A stretch of 50,989 bases of DNA from IMG/VR virus record IMGVR_UViG_3300031910_001335, positions 1 through 50,989 of that record. One strand, 5' to 3'. The DNA is from a virus. Taxonomy: Duplodnaviria > Caudoviricetes. Positions 34,116 to 46,141 of this stretch are shown one piece after another. Made by a program: the position numbers and the translations under genes. The notes beneath the pieces are model-generated. The model ran no database searches, had not been told where the DNA came from, and saw only the letters and a program-made list of their open reading frames with translations. The stretch's first letter is position 1, and the number at the start of each line of letters is the position of its first letter.

Positions 34116-35154
34116 GACGTACGACTTCGCGTGCACCATCACCGGAGCTGCCGGCTTCGTGGGAGGCCAGCTGGCTCGGGCGTTGATGCAGCAAGAGCAG
34201 TACCGCGTCCGCGTCTTCGGCGTGGACCTGGCGCCATCCGACCTCACGCACGGGCTGGAGACGGCGATCGACAACGGCAACCGCTTCACGTTCCACGAGT
34301 ACGACGTTCACCAGCCGTTGAGGTCCGACTTCTTGGCGGTCGACGCGGTGTACCACTTCGCCGGCATCGCCGACCCGAAGCGCTACCTCGAGGAGACGAT
34401 CGAGGTGCTCAACCTCAACCTCCTCGGGCTGATCAACATCCTCGAGCGCATCGTCGTGTGGTCCGCCCACAGGCCGCGGATCATCTACTCGTCGACGTCG
34501 GAGGTGTACGGCAAGAACCCGCACGTCCCGTTCCACGAGGACGAGAGCGACCTCGTCTTCGGACCGGTGAAGAACACGAGGTGGTGCTACGCCATGTCGA
34601 AGGCTGTGGCCGAGCACTACCTCGCGGCGTACTCTGCCCGCTACGACGTGAGGCACACCGTGTTCCGCTTCTTCAACTTCGTGGGGCCCGGCATCGACAA
34701 GCCCGGCGCCGGCCGAGTGCTCACGAAGATGACGGGCGACGCGATCGAACAGGGCACCATCTACGTCTCCGCTCCGGGCGGACAGACGAGGTGCTTCACC
34801 CACAGCCGCGACTTCGTCGTGCCGCTGATGGGCGCGATGTTCATGAAGAAGACGGACCCCGACCTCTGGAAGCGGGACTTCACGATGAACCTCGGCTCGA
34901 CGATCGAGCTCTCGATGGTCGACGTCGCGGAGATCGTGCAGAGCGAGGTGCTGAAGCGCACGGGCAAGAGGCCGGAGATCCGCTGGATCGCGGGCGTCGA
35001 TCTCTTCGGCCACGGCTACGAGGACGTGGAGCGTCGAGTGCCCGACACGAGCAGAGCTCGCAAGGTGTTCGGATGGGAGGCGAAGGAGGACCCGATGCAG
35101 TTCATCCCAGAGCTGGTGCAGCTGATCATGGACGAGCTGGGAGTGGCACCGTGA
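34087..35154 (+). CDS. NAD-dependent UDP-glucuronate decarboxylase-like SDR (UXS/ArnA C-terminal type)
   Basis: TGAAGFVG, HFAGIADPKRY, SSTSEVYG, RWCYAMSK, RFFNFVGP, QTRCF, GYEDVERRVPD. Confidence 0.88.
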   Translation: MLEAERTLPRTYDFACTITGAAGFVGGQLARALMQQEQYRVRVFGVDLAPSDLTHGLETAIDNGNRFTFHEYDVHQPLRSDFLAVDAVYHFAGIADPKRYLEETIEVLNLNLLGLINILERIVVWSAHRPRIIYSSTSEVYGKNPHVPFHEDESDLVFGPVKNTRWCYAMSKAVAEHYLAAYSARYDVRHTVFRFFNFVGPGIDKPGAGRVLTKMTGDAIEQGTIYVSAPGGQTRCFTHSRDFVVPLMGAMFMKKTDPDLWKRDFTMNLGSTIELSMVDVAEIVQSEVLKRTGKRPEIRWIAGVDLFGHGYEDVERRVPDTSRARKVFGWEAKEDPMQFIPELVQLIMDELGVAP

Positions 35155-35366
35155 GGCTCAGCGACGTGGCGGCCGGAGCGTGCTTCGTCTGCGGGAAGCC
35201 GCGGGCAGCTGAAGACCTCGAGGACGTGACGTACCCTGCTCCGTCTCCGCCCGGCGTGATGCCGATTCCGGCGACGATCCGCTTCTGCAGGGACGACTCG
35301 GCGTGCAGGGAGGGAGCCGAGAAGATGGTGGCCATGCGAAGCGGAGGGAGGACGAAGCTCTCGTGA
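35151..35366 (+). CDS. small Cys-containing hypothetical protein
   Basis: GTGA overlaps at both ends; CFVC..FC..C. Confidence 0.55.
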   Translation: MRLSDVAAGACFVCGKPRAAEDLEDVTYPAPSPPGVMPIPATIRFCRDDSACREGAEKMVAMRSGGRTKLS

Positions 35367-35844
35367 TCATCATCCTCGAGGGGTTGCATGAGAAGCTCGA
35401 TGAGCTGTGTGAGGGAGCAAACCCAGCGATCCCGATGATAGGGCACGCGCTGATCGAGCTCGGGTACCTGACAAAGATCGAGTGCTCGTACGAGGACTGC
35501 ATCTTGCCCTCGCGAGAGTTTGCTCCGAAGACGGGCGGCAGGAAGCAGAGAGACGGCATCACCATAGACCACATCGTCGAGATCATCGATGGCGGCGACC
35601 ACATGCCGAACAACCTCGCGTTGCTTCACATGGCTTGCAACTCGCACAAGGGAGCGAAAGCGATGTGGAAGAACGGCCGAGGGCCAGCCAAGGGATGGAA
35701 CTTCGACCACTCTGAGAGCGCAAAACGTCGCTGGGAAAAGCCCGGCGCCCGCGAAAGAGCATCAGCGTCTCAACGCAAAGCCTGGGAAGCTCGCCGTGCT
35801 CGTCAAGGAGGTGGTCCGCCCTCGTGATCATCATCCTCGAGGGG
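35360..35844 (+). repeat. 24-bp direct repeat flanking the HNH gene
   Basis: CTCGTGATCATCATCCTCGAGGGG at 35360-35383 and 35821-35844. Confidence 0.9.
35363..35827 (+). CDS. HNH endonuclease (free-standing homing endonuclease)
   Basis: CSYEDC, TIDHIVEIIDGGDHMPNNLALLHMACNSHKG; basic C-terminal tail; starts with a borrowed MIIILEG. Confidence 0.88.
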   Translation: MIIILEGLHEKLDELCEGANPAIPMIGHALIELGYLTKIECSYEDCILPSREFAPKTGGRKQRDGITIDHIVEIIDGGDHMPNNLALLHMACNSHKGAKAMWKNGRGPAKGWNFDHSESAKRRWEKPGARERASASQRKAWEARRARQGGGPPS

Positions 35845-36760
35845 ATTCGTTGACGGCACCGGCAAGACGACGCTTGGCACAGCCATCAGCGAGCGCTTCG
35901 GCATCCCATTGTACACGTGTCCGCGCTCGCCCCTGGCCGGACAGGCCGTGGAGGAGAGCCAGGCGGAGGACAGGGCCGCCGTCGCCATGGCGATCTGCGT
36001 CGGAGCCGAGGTGATCTTCGACCGCAGCTTCCCGTCCGAGTACGTCTACGGCACGGCGCTGCGGAAGAGGGAGTACGACCAGTTGGAGCTCGACCGCATC
36101 GACAGGCAGGTGGCCGGAGTCCCTCACCTCGGCGTGCTGCTTCGGTTCAACAGCCCGTGGGACGCGAAGGGCCGGGACACGCAGTGGGACAACGGCGTGT
36201 TCTCCGAGCTCGACGCGCTGTACCTCGAGTACGTGAAGAGGACGGCGATGCGCTGGATCCAGCTCGACGCGACCGCTCCGGTGGAGTCCCACGTCGAGGC
36301 GATCGGCCTCGAGCTTGCCAGCCACAGGCCGTCGAAGGAGGAGACGTACATCGGCGTGGCGAGGACCGTGTCGAGGAGGGCGACCTGCCTCTCGAGGCGG
36401 AACGGTGCCGTGCTGGTGAACTCGTCGGGCCACGTGATCGCGACGGGCTACAACGGCGCGCCCAAGGGGTGCAAGCACCCGACCGAGTGCACGAGGCTGC
36501 GCCACCAGGTGCAGAGCGGGCAGTTCCTCGACGCGTGCGACGACGTCCACGCCGAGGAGAACGCCATCGTGCAGGCGTCCCTCAGCGGAGCATCGCCAGA
36601 GGGCGGCACGATGTACACGCTGACGAGCCCATGCCACCGCTGCATGCGGATGATCGTCAACGCGAGCATCGCACGAGTGGTGTACTCGTCGAGGTACGCA
36701 GACGACAGGACGTTCGAGCTGGCCAAGGAGGCGGGGATCACGATGGACGAGCTGCAGTGA
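35824..36760 (+). CDS. dNMP kinase - dCMP deaminase fusion, frameshifted at codons 8-9
   Basis: MIIILEG in frame 0, then DGTGKTTL in +1 frame; IFDRSFPSEYVYG (TMPK-like); ATCL, TGYNGAP, HAEENA, SPCHRC (dCMP deaminase). Confidence 0.8.
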
Positions 36761-37716
36761 AACGCTACAGCAACATGGACGAGATGCTCTTCGGTGCGTA
36801 CACCGAAGTGTTCAGCCACGGGACGAGGTCGTCTCCTCGAGGGCAAGAGACGCTCGAAGTGATCGGGTGGACGGCGCAGCTGACGAAGCCGCGAGCGAGG
36901 ATCGTCCGCAACCCGGCTCGCGACATCCGCCTCGGCTACTGCGCCGCGTCCGTGGCGTGGAACCTCGACAAGCGCAACGACGTCGAGTCGATCTGTTGGT
37001 GGAACCCGAACGGCCGCTTCATGTCCGACAACGGGCAGACGTTCCACGGTGCCAACTACGGCCAGCGCTGGGACCTGCGGCTGCAGGAGGCGATGCAGCT
37101 GTTCTTCTACGACACGTCCACGCGGCGAGCGTGGGTGCCCATCTGGGAAGCCATCGACGATCTCATCGACGTCGACCCAGAGACGGGCGAGTTCGACGCG
37201 TACAGTCGAGAGGGCAAAGACGTGCCCTGCACGCTGGGCTTCGGCCTCCGCAACCGAGAACGCCACCTCGACATGCACGTGGTGATGCGCAGCCAGTCCG
37301 TGACGATCCTCCCGTACGACGTGTTCCTCTTCAGCACCCTGCAAGAGCTCGTCGCCAACTCTCTGCAGATGAAGCTCGGTGTGCTCACGTGGCACGCGAT
37401 GTCGCTCCACGCCTACTTCAAGCGGGAGTGGGCGACGAACCGAGCCAGCTACGAGTGGTACCTCGCGAACACCCATCGCGAAGGGGCCATCAGGGCCGAG
37501 ACGTACCGCTCGTTCCAGGAGGAGATGCAGCCCGTGAACCTCACCCTCGAGGAGGCAAAGGCTGCCTGGCCACCGGCGATGGACGCGTGCGCTGCATCTC
37601 CTCTCGGGCCCTCGTCGATCTCCAACGATCGCGGCTGCCCGATCGTGGAGCTCATGGTGTCTGGCGCGCTCAGGACCTGGGACATCGGCGCCGCACAAGC
37701 TCCCGTTGTGAGATAG
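36757..37716 (+). CDS. divergent thymidylate-synthase-family enzyme (dCMP hydroxymethylase/hydroxylase-like)
   Basis: PRG..T.E, NYGQR, TRRA, DVPCT, MRSQS..PYD, SLHAY. Confidence 0.82.
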   Translation: MKRYSNMDEMLFGAYTEVFSHGTRSSPRGQETLEVIGWTAQLTKPRARIVRNPARDIRLGYCAASVAWNLDKRNDVESICWWNPNGRFMSDNGQTFHGANYGQRWDLRLQEAMQLFFYDTSTRRAWVPIWEAIDDLIDVDPETGEFDAYSREGKDVPCTLGFGLRNRERHLDMHVVMRSQSVTILPYDVFLFSTLQELVANSLQMKLGVLTWHAMSLHAYFKREWATNRASYEWYLANTHREGAIRAETYRSFQEEMQPVNLTLEEAKAAWPPAMDACAASPLGPSSISNDRGCPIVELMVSGALRTWDIGAAQAPVVR

Positions 37717-37723
37717 AATGACA
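37712..37723 (+). promoter_or_regulatory. promoter motif GATAGAATGACA
   Basis: variant of the repeated motif, ahead of the dnaE unit. Confidence 0.6.
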
Positions 37724-37747
37724 ACGACTAACGGAGGGAGGAAGAGG

Positions 37748-37875
37748 GTGGGGAGGGAGAAGCCAGCGGCCATCGGTTTCGGCGCGATGGCGATGCTCGT
37801 GTTCCTCTGCGTCTTGTTCGTGGCCGCGTTCCTCTGGGCGCTCGTCGCAGTCGAGGCCGGGTGGGACGCGCTGTG

Positions 37876-37879
<4 letters not shown>
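37748..37879 (+). CDS. 43-aa membrane protein
   Basis: GGAGGA RBS, hydrophobic helix, stop overlaps the dnaE GTG. Confidence 0.5.
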
Positions 37880-41036
<3,157 letters not shown>

Positions 41037-41037
<1 letters not shown>

Positions 41038-42044
41038 TGGTCGACACGACGCAGCTCGACGCGGTGCTCGACGCGATCGAGAGGCAGTACCCCGGAGCAG
41101 TGCACGACGGAGCCACGAACCAGCCGGTGAGCCGCGTGTCGACGGGCTCGTTGGAGCTCGACTACGCCACGGGAGGCGGCGTGCCCATCGGCCGCATCTC
41201 CCACTTCTGGGGCGGGTGGTCGTCGGGCAAGTCGCTGACGTGCTGGCGGACCGTGAGAGAGTGCCAGCGGATGGGGATGCTCGGCGCCTACTTCAACGTC
41301 GAGAAGCAGTACGATCCCGTGTACGTGCAGAAGATGGGCGTGGACACGAAGAAGCTGATGGTCGTGGACGAGGGCACGATCGAGGGAGTGGGCAAGGTGC
41401 TCGAGTCCCTCGTCGGCGTGATGCACTACTTCGTGATCGACAGCATCAACGCCGCCGTCTCGATCGACGAGCTCGGAGCCAAGCTCGAGGACTGGCAGAT
41501 GGCGCTCGCGCCCAGGGCGTGGGGCAAGGTGTTCCGACGAGTCCTCGAGCGCTTCGACTCGAACGAGAACTTGCTGATCATGGTGAACCACGCCTCGGGC
41601 TTCGGCCCCGTGGAGAAGCCGCCTGGCGGCCGCTTCATCGAGCACCTCTCGTCGTGCACCGTGCACTTCAAGCGCGGGCCGTGGCTGTTCCGAGACGCCC
41701 ACGGCCACCTCAGCCCGGACAACCGTGGCGGTTCCGTCGCATCGCTCGCTGGCGACGTCGAGCCCGACGGCTTCGAGATCGTCTGCCGCTGCGAGAAGAG
41801 CCGAGTGAGCAGGCCGCTACGCCCAGCAAGGATGCGATACGACTTCTCGACGACGAGCCTCGACGAGGCGTTCGAGTACGCCAAGGCAGCCAAGTACCTG
41901 GACGTCGCGAAGACGACGTCGGCCGGCCGCTACGAGATGCCTGACGGGACGAAGCTCCACGGCGAGGGCAAGCTCCGGGCTCACATCGAGGCGGACGCTG
42001 CGCTTCGTGACGACATCCGCTCCAAGCTGCTCCAGCAAGCCTAG
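41037..42044 (+). CDS. recA: RecA/UvsX-like recombinase
   Basis: STGSLELDYATGGGVPIGRI, GGWSSGKS, VIDSI, MVNH, PGG. Confidence 0.9.
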
Positions 42045-42057
42045 CAGCAGCTGGACA

Positions 42058-42070
42058 TGGTATAATGACA
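42058..42070 (+). promoter_or_regulatory. extended -10 promoter TGGTATAATGACA
   Basis: copy of the repeated motif. Confidence 0.75.
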
Positions 42071-42117
42071 TGGTCCGCTGCGCGATGGGCGCGGCGGCAG
42101 ACCAGAACGGAGGGGCT

Positions 42118-42429
42118 GTGAAGAGGAACATCGAGGTACCGGAGGGCATCGACCCTGAGGGGCTGATGTACGACGTCGACCGCGCTCGCAGGGAGGGCCT
42201 CCACGAGGAGCTCCGCGTCCACGTCGTCACGGGCGTGTACGGCGACGCGCTCGGGGTGCAGGCCAACGAGAAGGGCATCAATGCCGAGGAGCTCGAGATG
42301 CTGCAGTCGATGCTGGACTTCGGCGTGAACGTCGAGCCTGGCCAGGAGCAGACGGTCACGATCGTGCTGAAGTACCGCTACAGCTACGGCACCGCCGAGG
42401 GCGCGCCGTCGGTCACCGAGGTCGCGTGA
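42118..42429 (+). CDS. hypothetical protein
   Basis: GGAGGGG RBS then GTG 42118. Confidence 0.6.
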   Translation: MKRNIEVPEGIDPEGLMYDVDRARREGLHEELRVHVVTGVYGDALGVQANEKGINAEELEMLQSMLDFGVNVEPGQEQTVTIVLKYRYSYGTAEGAPSVTEVA

Positions 42430-42635
42430 TGCGCGTCCTCATCTGGCAGCGGAACAGCCGGCCGCCGGTGATCCACTCGCGGAAGGGCTGCCCGAGGCTG
42501 ATGCACTCTGACGTCCCGAAGAAGTCTGTGAAGTTCGCCGGGAAGGGCACGGCAGGGTGGCTCAAGGAGAAGAAGGCGCGGAAGCTCGACGGCGCCGACT
42601 ACTGCCACTTCTGCTGGAACGTGGTCGACGCATGA
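42426..42635 (+). CDS. small basic protein with H/C zinc-like motif
   Basis: IHSRKGC..YCHFC; overlapping start/stop. Confidence 0.6.
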   Translation: MMRVLIWQRNSRPPVIHSRKGCPRLMHSDVPKKSVKFAGKGTAGWLKEKKARKLDGADYCHFCWNVVDA

Positions 42636-43453
42636 ACGTCCTCGTCGTAGACGGCTACAACCTCTACGCCGCGTGCAACGCCACGAGCGGGAAGCTGTGC
42701 AGGTCCGACGGCTTCCCGACAGGAGCCCTCTACGGGGTGATCCGCAGCATCGAGTCGCAGGTGAACAAGCGCTCGATCGACCGCGTGTGGTTCGCCCTCG
42801 AGGGCGGTGGCCAGAGCGTGCGGCAGAAGTTCGCGCCGGACGTGTACAAGGCCAACCGCGACCCGGACGCTCCTAGCGTGGCGCGGTGGCACGAGCAGCA
42901 CCACGACCTGCTCTTCGAGTGGGCCAAGGCTCGCGGAGTTCGCGTGATCTGGGGCGAGGGCCTCGAAGCGGACGACGCGATCGCCTTCGTGCACATGAGG
43001 GAACGGGGCCACAGGCAGTTCATCCTCAGCCGCGACCACGACTTCCGCTCGCTGCTCGACTCGAGGACTGAGCTGGTGTGGGGCGACAAGCGCTTCGGCG
43101 AAGACGACTTCGTCTCGATGTTCGGCTTCAAGCCGTCGCTGTACGAGATCTACCTCGCGGTGGCCGGCGACCCGTCGGACAACGTCCCCCGGGTGCTGAT
43201 GCCGGCGAAGGCGAAGAAGCTGATGCAGAGCATGCCCCCGAACGGGCGTGCTCTTGCGCACGTGCAGGCCAACTTATCGGTCGAGCAGTACCACGAGGCG
43301 CTGAGGAACCTGGCGCTCGTGAAGAAGCGCACTGACGAGTCGTTCTTCGTCTGCGAGCCGACGGTCGACAGAGACGCGCTGCGGTCACTCTACGACACGC
43401 TCGAGTTCCGCTCGCTGGCGAAGGTGCTCGACTCTGCAGGAGCCCTACGATGA
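42632..43453 (+). CDS. 5'-3' exonuclease / flap endonuclease (PolI N-terminal-like)
   Basis: VVDGYN, YKANR, EADDAIA, SRDHDF, GDPSDNVP, LEFRSL. Confidence 0.9.
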   Translation: MNVLVVDGYNLYAACNATSGKLCRSDGFPTGALYGVIRSIESQVNKRSIDRVWFALEGGGQSVRQKFAPDVYKANRDPDAPSVARWHEQHHDLLFEWAKARGVRVIWGEGLEADDAIAFVHMRERGHRQFILSRDHDFRSLLDSRTELVWGDKRFGEDDFVSMFGFKPSLYEIYLAVAGDPSDNVPRVLMPAKAKKLMQSMPPNGRALAHVQANLSVEQYHEALRNLALVKKRTDESFFVCEPTVDRDALRSLYDTLEFRSLAKVLDSAGALR

Positions 43454-43722
43454 CTGAGGAGGAGACGTTGGACCCGAGCGTTGCGATCAGAGCCTTCGAG
43501 GAGGCAGAGGTGGAGCTCCGCCGAGTAGCTGGGCTGGCGGAAGAAGCGTTCGCCGAGTACGAGAAGGCGAGAGCCGACCTGGCGGGAGTGGGCATCGAGG
43601 TGAAGATGAAGATGCCGGCTCCGCTCGACGCGGGCTACGTGGACTGGGACCGCGACAGGGCTCGCGGCAGGGTGATCAGCCTCGTAGTCGAGCACGAGCC
43701 CATCGCGTCGAGGAAGGCGTGA
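43450..43722 (+). CDS. hypothetical protein
   Basis: ATGA overlap; operonic. Confidence 0.6.
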   Translation: MTEEETLDPSVAIRAFEEAEVELRRVAGLAEEAFAEYEKARADLAGVGIEVKMKMPAPLDAGYVDWDRDRARGRVISLVVEHEPIASRKA

Positions 43723-43964
43723 TGAGCCACATCGAGCTGGGCCTCGCGGTCGCCATCGCTGGCCAGGTGTCGTTGGGCCTCACTCCAGGCGATGGCCAGG
43801 AAGAACGCATGGCTGGCGCGCTGATGGTGATCGGCCTCATGGTGAAGAAAGCGGCCGACGACACGACCGTCAACGACGTCCTCGATCTCACAGCATCGAC
43901 GAGGATCGAGCGGCTCAAGGACGGAGACGGCTGGCGGATCAGCGTCGTCGAGGGGCTCGAATGA
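43719..43964 (+). CDS. hypothetical protein
   Basis: overlapping start/stop; operonic. Confidence 0.55.
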   Translation: MMSHIELGLAVAIAGQVSLGLTPGDGQEERMAGALMVIGLMVKKAADDTTVNDVLDLTASTRIERLKDGDGWRISVVEGLE

Positions 43965-44410
43965 GCAACAGCTTCGAGGCCGGCCGCGCCTTCGAGCGGC
44001 GGTTCGAGGAGCTCACGGGAGCGAAGCCGACGCCCGCGTCAGGCAACCAGTGGTTCGCGACGATGGACTTCGAGGGCGGTCGCATCCTTTGGTCGCTGAA
44101 GTGGACCGGGCGCTCGAGCTTCAGCGTCACGACGACGACGATGGTCGAGGCCGTCGAGGCCGTCGAGGCGCCGGGCGGCCGCGGAGGCGACACGATCCCG
44201 GCCCTGTGCTTCGAGCTCGCGGGGGACCTCTACGCGACCATGCGATTGAGCGACCTGATGATCGCCGTGCAGGAGCGCGTCCCGATCACGGTGAAGCGCG
44301 AGTCTTCCAAGACGGCCCAGAAGATAGCTCGATCGTCGCAGCCACAGCTGCTAAGAGATACGATGGAGCATGCAAACTCACAGGAGCTCCAGGGAGGCCA
44401 CGAGAAGTGA
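43961..44410 (+). CDS. Holliday-junction-resolvase-like PD-(D/E)xK protein
   Basis: GRAFERR..PTPASG..MDF..WSLKWT..SFSV pattern; the usual catalytic E is replaced by S. Confidence 0.55.
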   Translation: MSNSFEAGRAFERRFEELTGAKPTPASGNQWFATMDFEGGRILWSLKWTGRSSFSVTTTTMVEAVEAVEAPGGRGGDTIPALCFELAGDLYATMRLSDLMIAVQERVPITVKRESSKTAQKIARSSQPQLLRDTMEHANSQELQGGHEK

Positions 44411-44883
44411 GCAAAGGATACCCCATTGGTGAACGGTCGCCGGACCAACAGGAGTCAACTGGAGAGCCCTTGTGGCTCACCACTGACCCGGACCTGATCG
44501 ACTGGGTGCGTGTCCTCGAGCTGTTGACCGACACGAGCTGGGGAGACGACTACGGTCCAGGCGACGTGAAGCTGAGGCAGATGAACACTCGGCTGCACCT
44601 CGCGGGCTTCGTGATCGGCGAGCTGAAGGACACGCTAGTGTGCTACCTCCGCGTGGTCACGGACGACACGACCGTGGCGTACCTCGCCGACGTCGTGGTC
44701 GACCCGGCGTTCAGGGGCAAGGGCATCGGGACGATGCTGGTGCAGACGGCCCTCGACATGAAGCCGAGGTGCGACTGGCTTCTGCACACGGTCGACGCTC
44801 ACGCGTTCTACGAGAAGCTCGGCTTCGAGAGGCGCGGCGAGCTGCTGATGGAGAGGAGGCGCAAGCGTGGGCATCAGTCGTAA
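44407..44883 (+). CDS. GNAT acetyltransferase
   Basis: YLADVVVDPAFRGKGIG..AHAFYEKLGF. Confidence 0.88.
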   Translation: MSKGYPIGERSPDQQESTGEPLWLTTDPDLIDWVRVLELLTDTSWGDDYGPGDVKLRQMNTRLHLAGFVIGELKDTLVCYLRVVTDDTTVAYLADVVVDPAFRGKGIGTMLVQTALDMKPRCDWLLHTVDAHAFYEKLGFERRGELLMERRRKRGHQS

Positions 44884-45853
44884 GCAGCTGTGGATCGCGC
44901 TCGGCTTCCTGAAGCCCGGCTCTCCGACGATGGGCTTCGACCTCGACAAGCTCACGGACGAGGCGTACGACGACCTCTCGTGGGAGATGCTGAAGACGGG
45001 AAGCGACGACAGCCCGCACGGCCAACCGTGGCACACGTCGTTCCACGCCTCCGGCTTCCCGTCCGAGAAGCGAGCCTGCGCCCGCAAGGCGATGTACGAG
45101 ATGATGGGCGTGCCGCCTGAGAAGCCGGCGCAGCCGTGGCTCGTGGCGGTGGCGGACGCGGGCAAGGACATCGAGACCCAGATCGTCCGCCGCTGGGAGA
45201 GGATGGGCTGGCTGCTCACCGCCGCGCCCGACTCTCCGCTGCAGACGAACTTCGAGGACAGGCAGCACTGGCTCACCTGTAGCCTCGACTCAGCGCTCGA
45301 CCTCCGCGACGCCTCGGGTTACGCGAAGGTGCTGCCCGTCGACGTGAAGGGCAAGGACCACGACGTGGTGACCCAGATCAGCTACGGGAAGCGCGAACCC
45401 GACGAAGGGCACGTGAGGCAGGTGCTCGTGCAGACGATGTTCTGCCGCACGTTCCACGCTGAGATGGGCTGGAAGCAGATGGGCCTGGAGATGGCCGACG
45501 GCGCGGTGCTGCTCTACGTGAGCCGCCAGCGCCCGGGCCACCGGGCAGTGGTGTGGGTCCCGTGGGACGAGGAGCGCATGAAGCGCGGGCTGGCAGTGCT
45601 CGGCGCTTGGAAGGCGCACTTCCTCGACGGCACGCTCCCTGCACGGCCTCGGTCGTGGCAGTGGACGCAAGAGCCGTGCAAGTGGTGCGACCACGCGGAC
45701 GTGTGCAAGTTCGACCTCCGCAACGAGGTCACGAGGCTCGAGGACAGCGCAGGGATCGCGAAGGCACAGTCGGTCCGCCCCGGCTACGACTTCGCGAAGG
45801 CCCGTGAGGCCGTCCTCGGGAGGTGGAACAAACGACCGAAAGGAGCCACCTGA
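44867..45853 (+). CDS. Cas4-like PD-(D/E)xK exonuclease
   Basis: FHAS..CARK, CSLD, VDVKG, Q, LYV, CKWCDHADVC (split Fe-S ligands). Confidence 0.8.
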   Translation: MGISRKQLWIALGFLKPGSPTMGFDLDKLTDEAYDDLSWEMLKTGSDDSPHGQPWHTSFHASGFPSEKRACARKAMYEMMGVPPEKPAQPWLVAVADAGKDIETQIVRRWERMGWLLTAAPDSPLQTNFEDRQHWLTCSLDSALDLRDASGYAKVLPVDVKGKDHDVVTQISYGKREPDEGHVRQVLVQTMFCRTFHAEMGWKQMGLEMADGAVLLYVSRQRPGHRAVVWVPWDEERMKRGLAVLGAWKAHFLDGTLPARPRSWQWTQEPCKWCDHADVCKFDLRNEVTRLEDSAGIAKAQSVRPGYDFAKAREAVLGRWNKRPKGAT

Positions 45854-46140
45854 TGGAAGCAGCGACTGCTCCCAAGAGCAACACGACGACCACCACGAAG
45901 AAGAAGGCGTCCGCGAAGCCGAACCACCTCGCGGAGATCGTCACGACGCAGGGCAACACCATCGGCGTGATGCAGGGCTTCTCGACGGCGCGGCGGTACG
46001 TCGAGAAGGCGATCGAGGCCAACGGCCTGGCAGTGTTCACGGTCGACGACCGCGGCTACCGCGTCGCCGTTCCGCACGCCAGCGTGGACCACATCGTCGA
46101 GGTGGGCCGCTCCGAGCGGGCGAGCAGCGGAGACGAGTAG
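45853..46140 (+). CDS. hypothetical protein
   Basis: AAGGAG RBS; TGATG overlap. Confidence 0.6.
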   Translation: MEAATAPKSNTTTTTKKKASAKPNHLAEIVTTQGNTIGVMQGFSTARRYVEKAIEANGLAVFTVDDRGYRVAVPHASVDHIVEVGRSERASSGDE

Positions 46141-46141
46141 A

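Noticed and set aside
35384-35848. HNH insert as a group I intron or intein
   Set aside because: Almost entirely occupied by the ORF, with no recognisable group I core and no intein terminal residues; unconventional splicing is left open in the findings
44867-45853. Cas4-like gene as evidence for CRISPR-Cas
   Set aside because: No repeat-spacer array or other cas genes; solo Cas4-like nucleases are common in phage recombination modules
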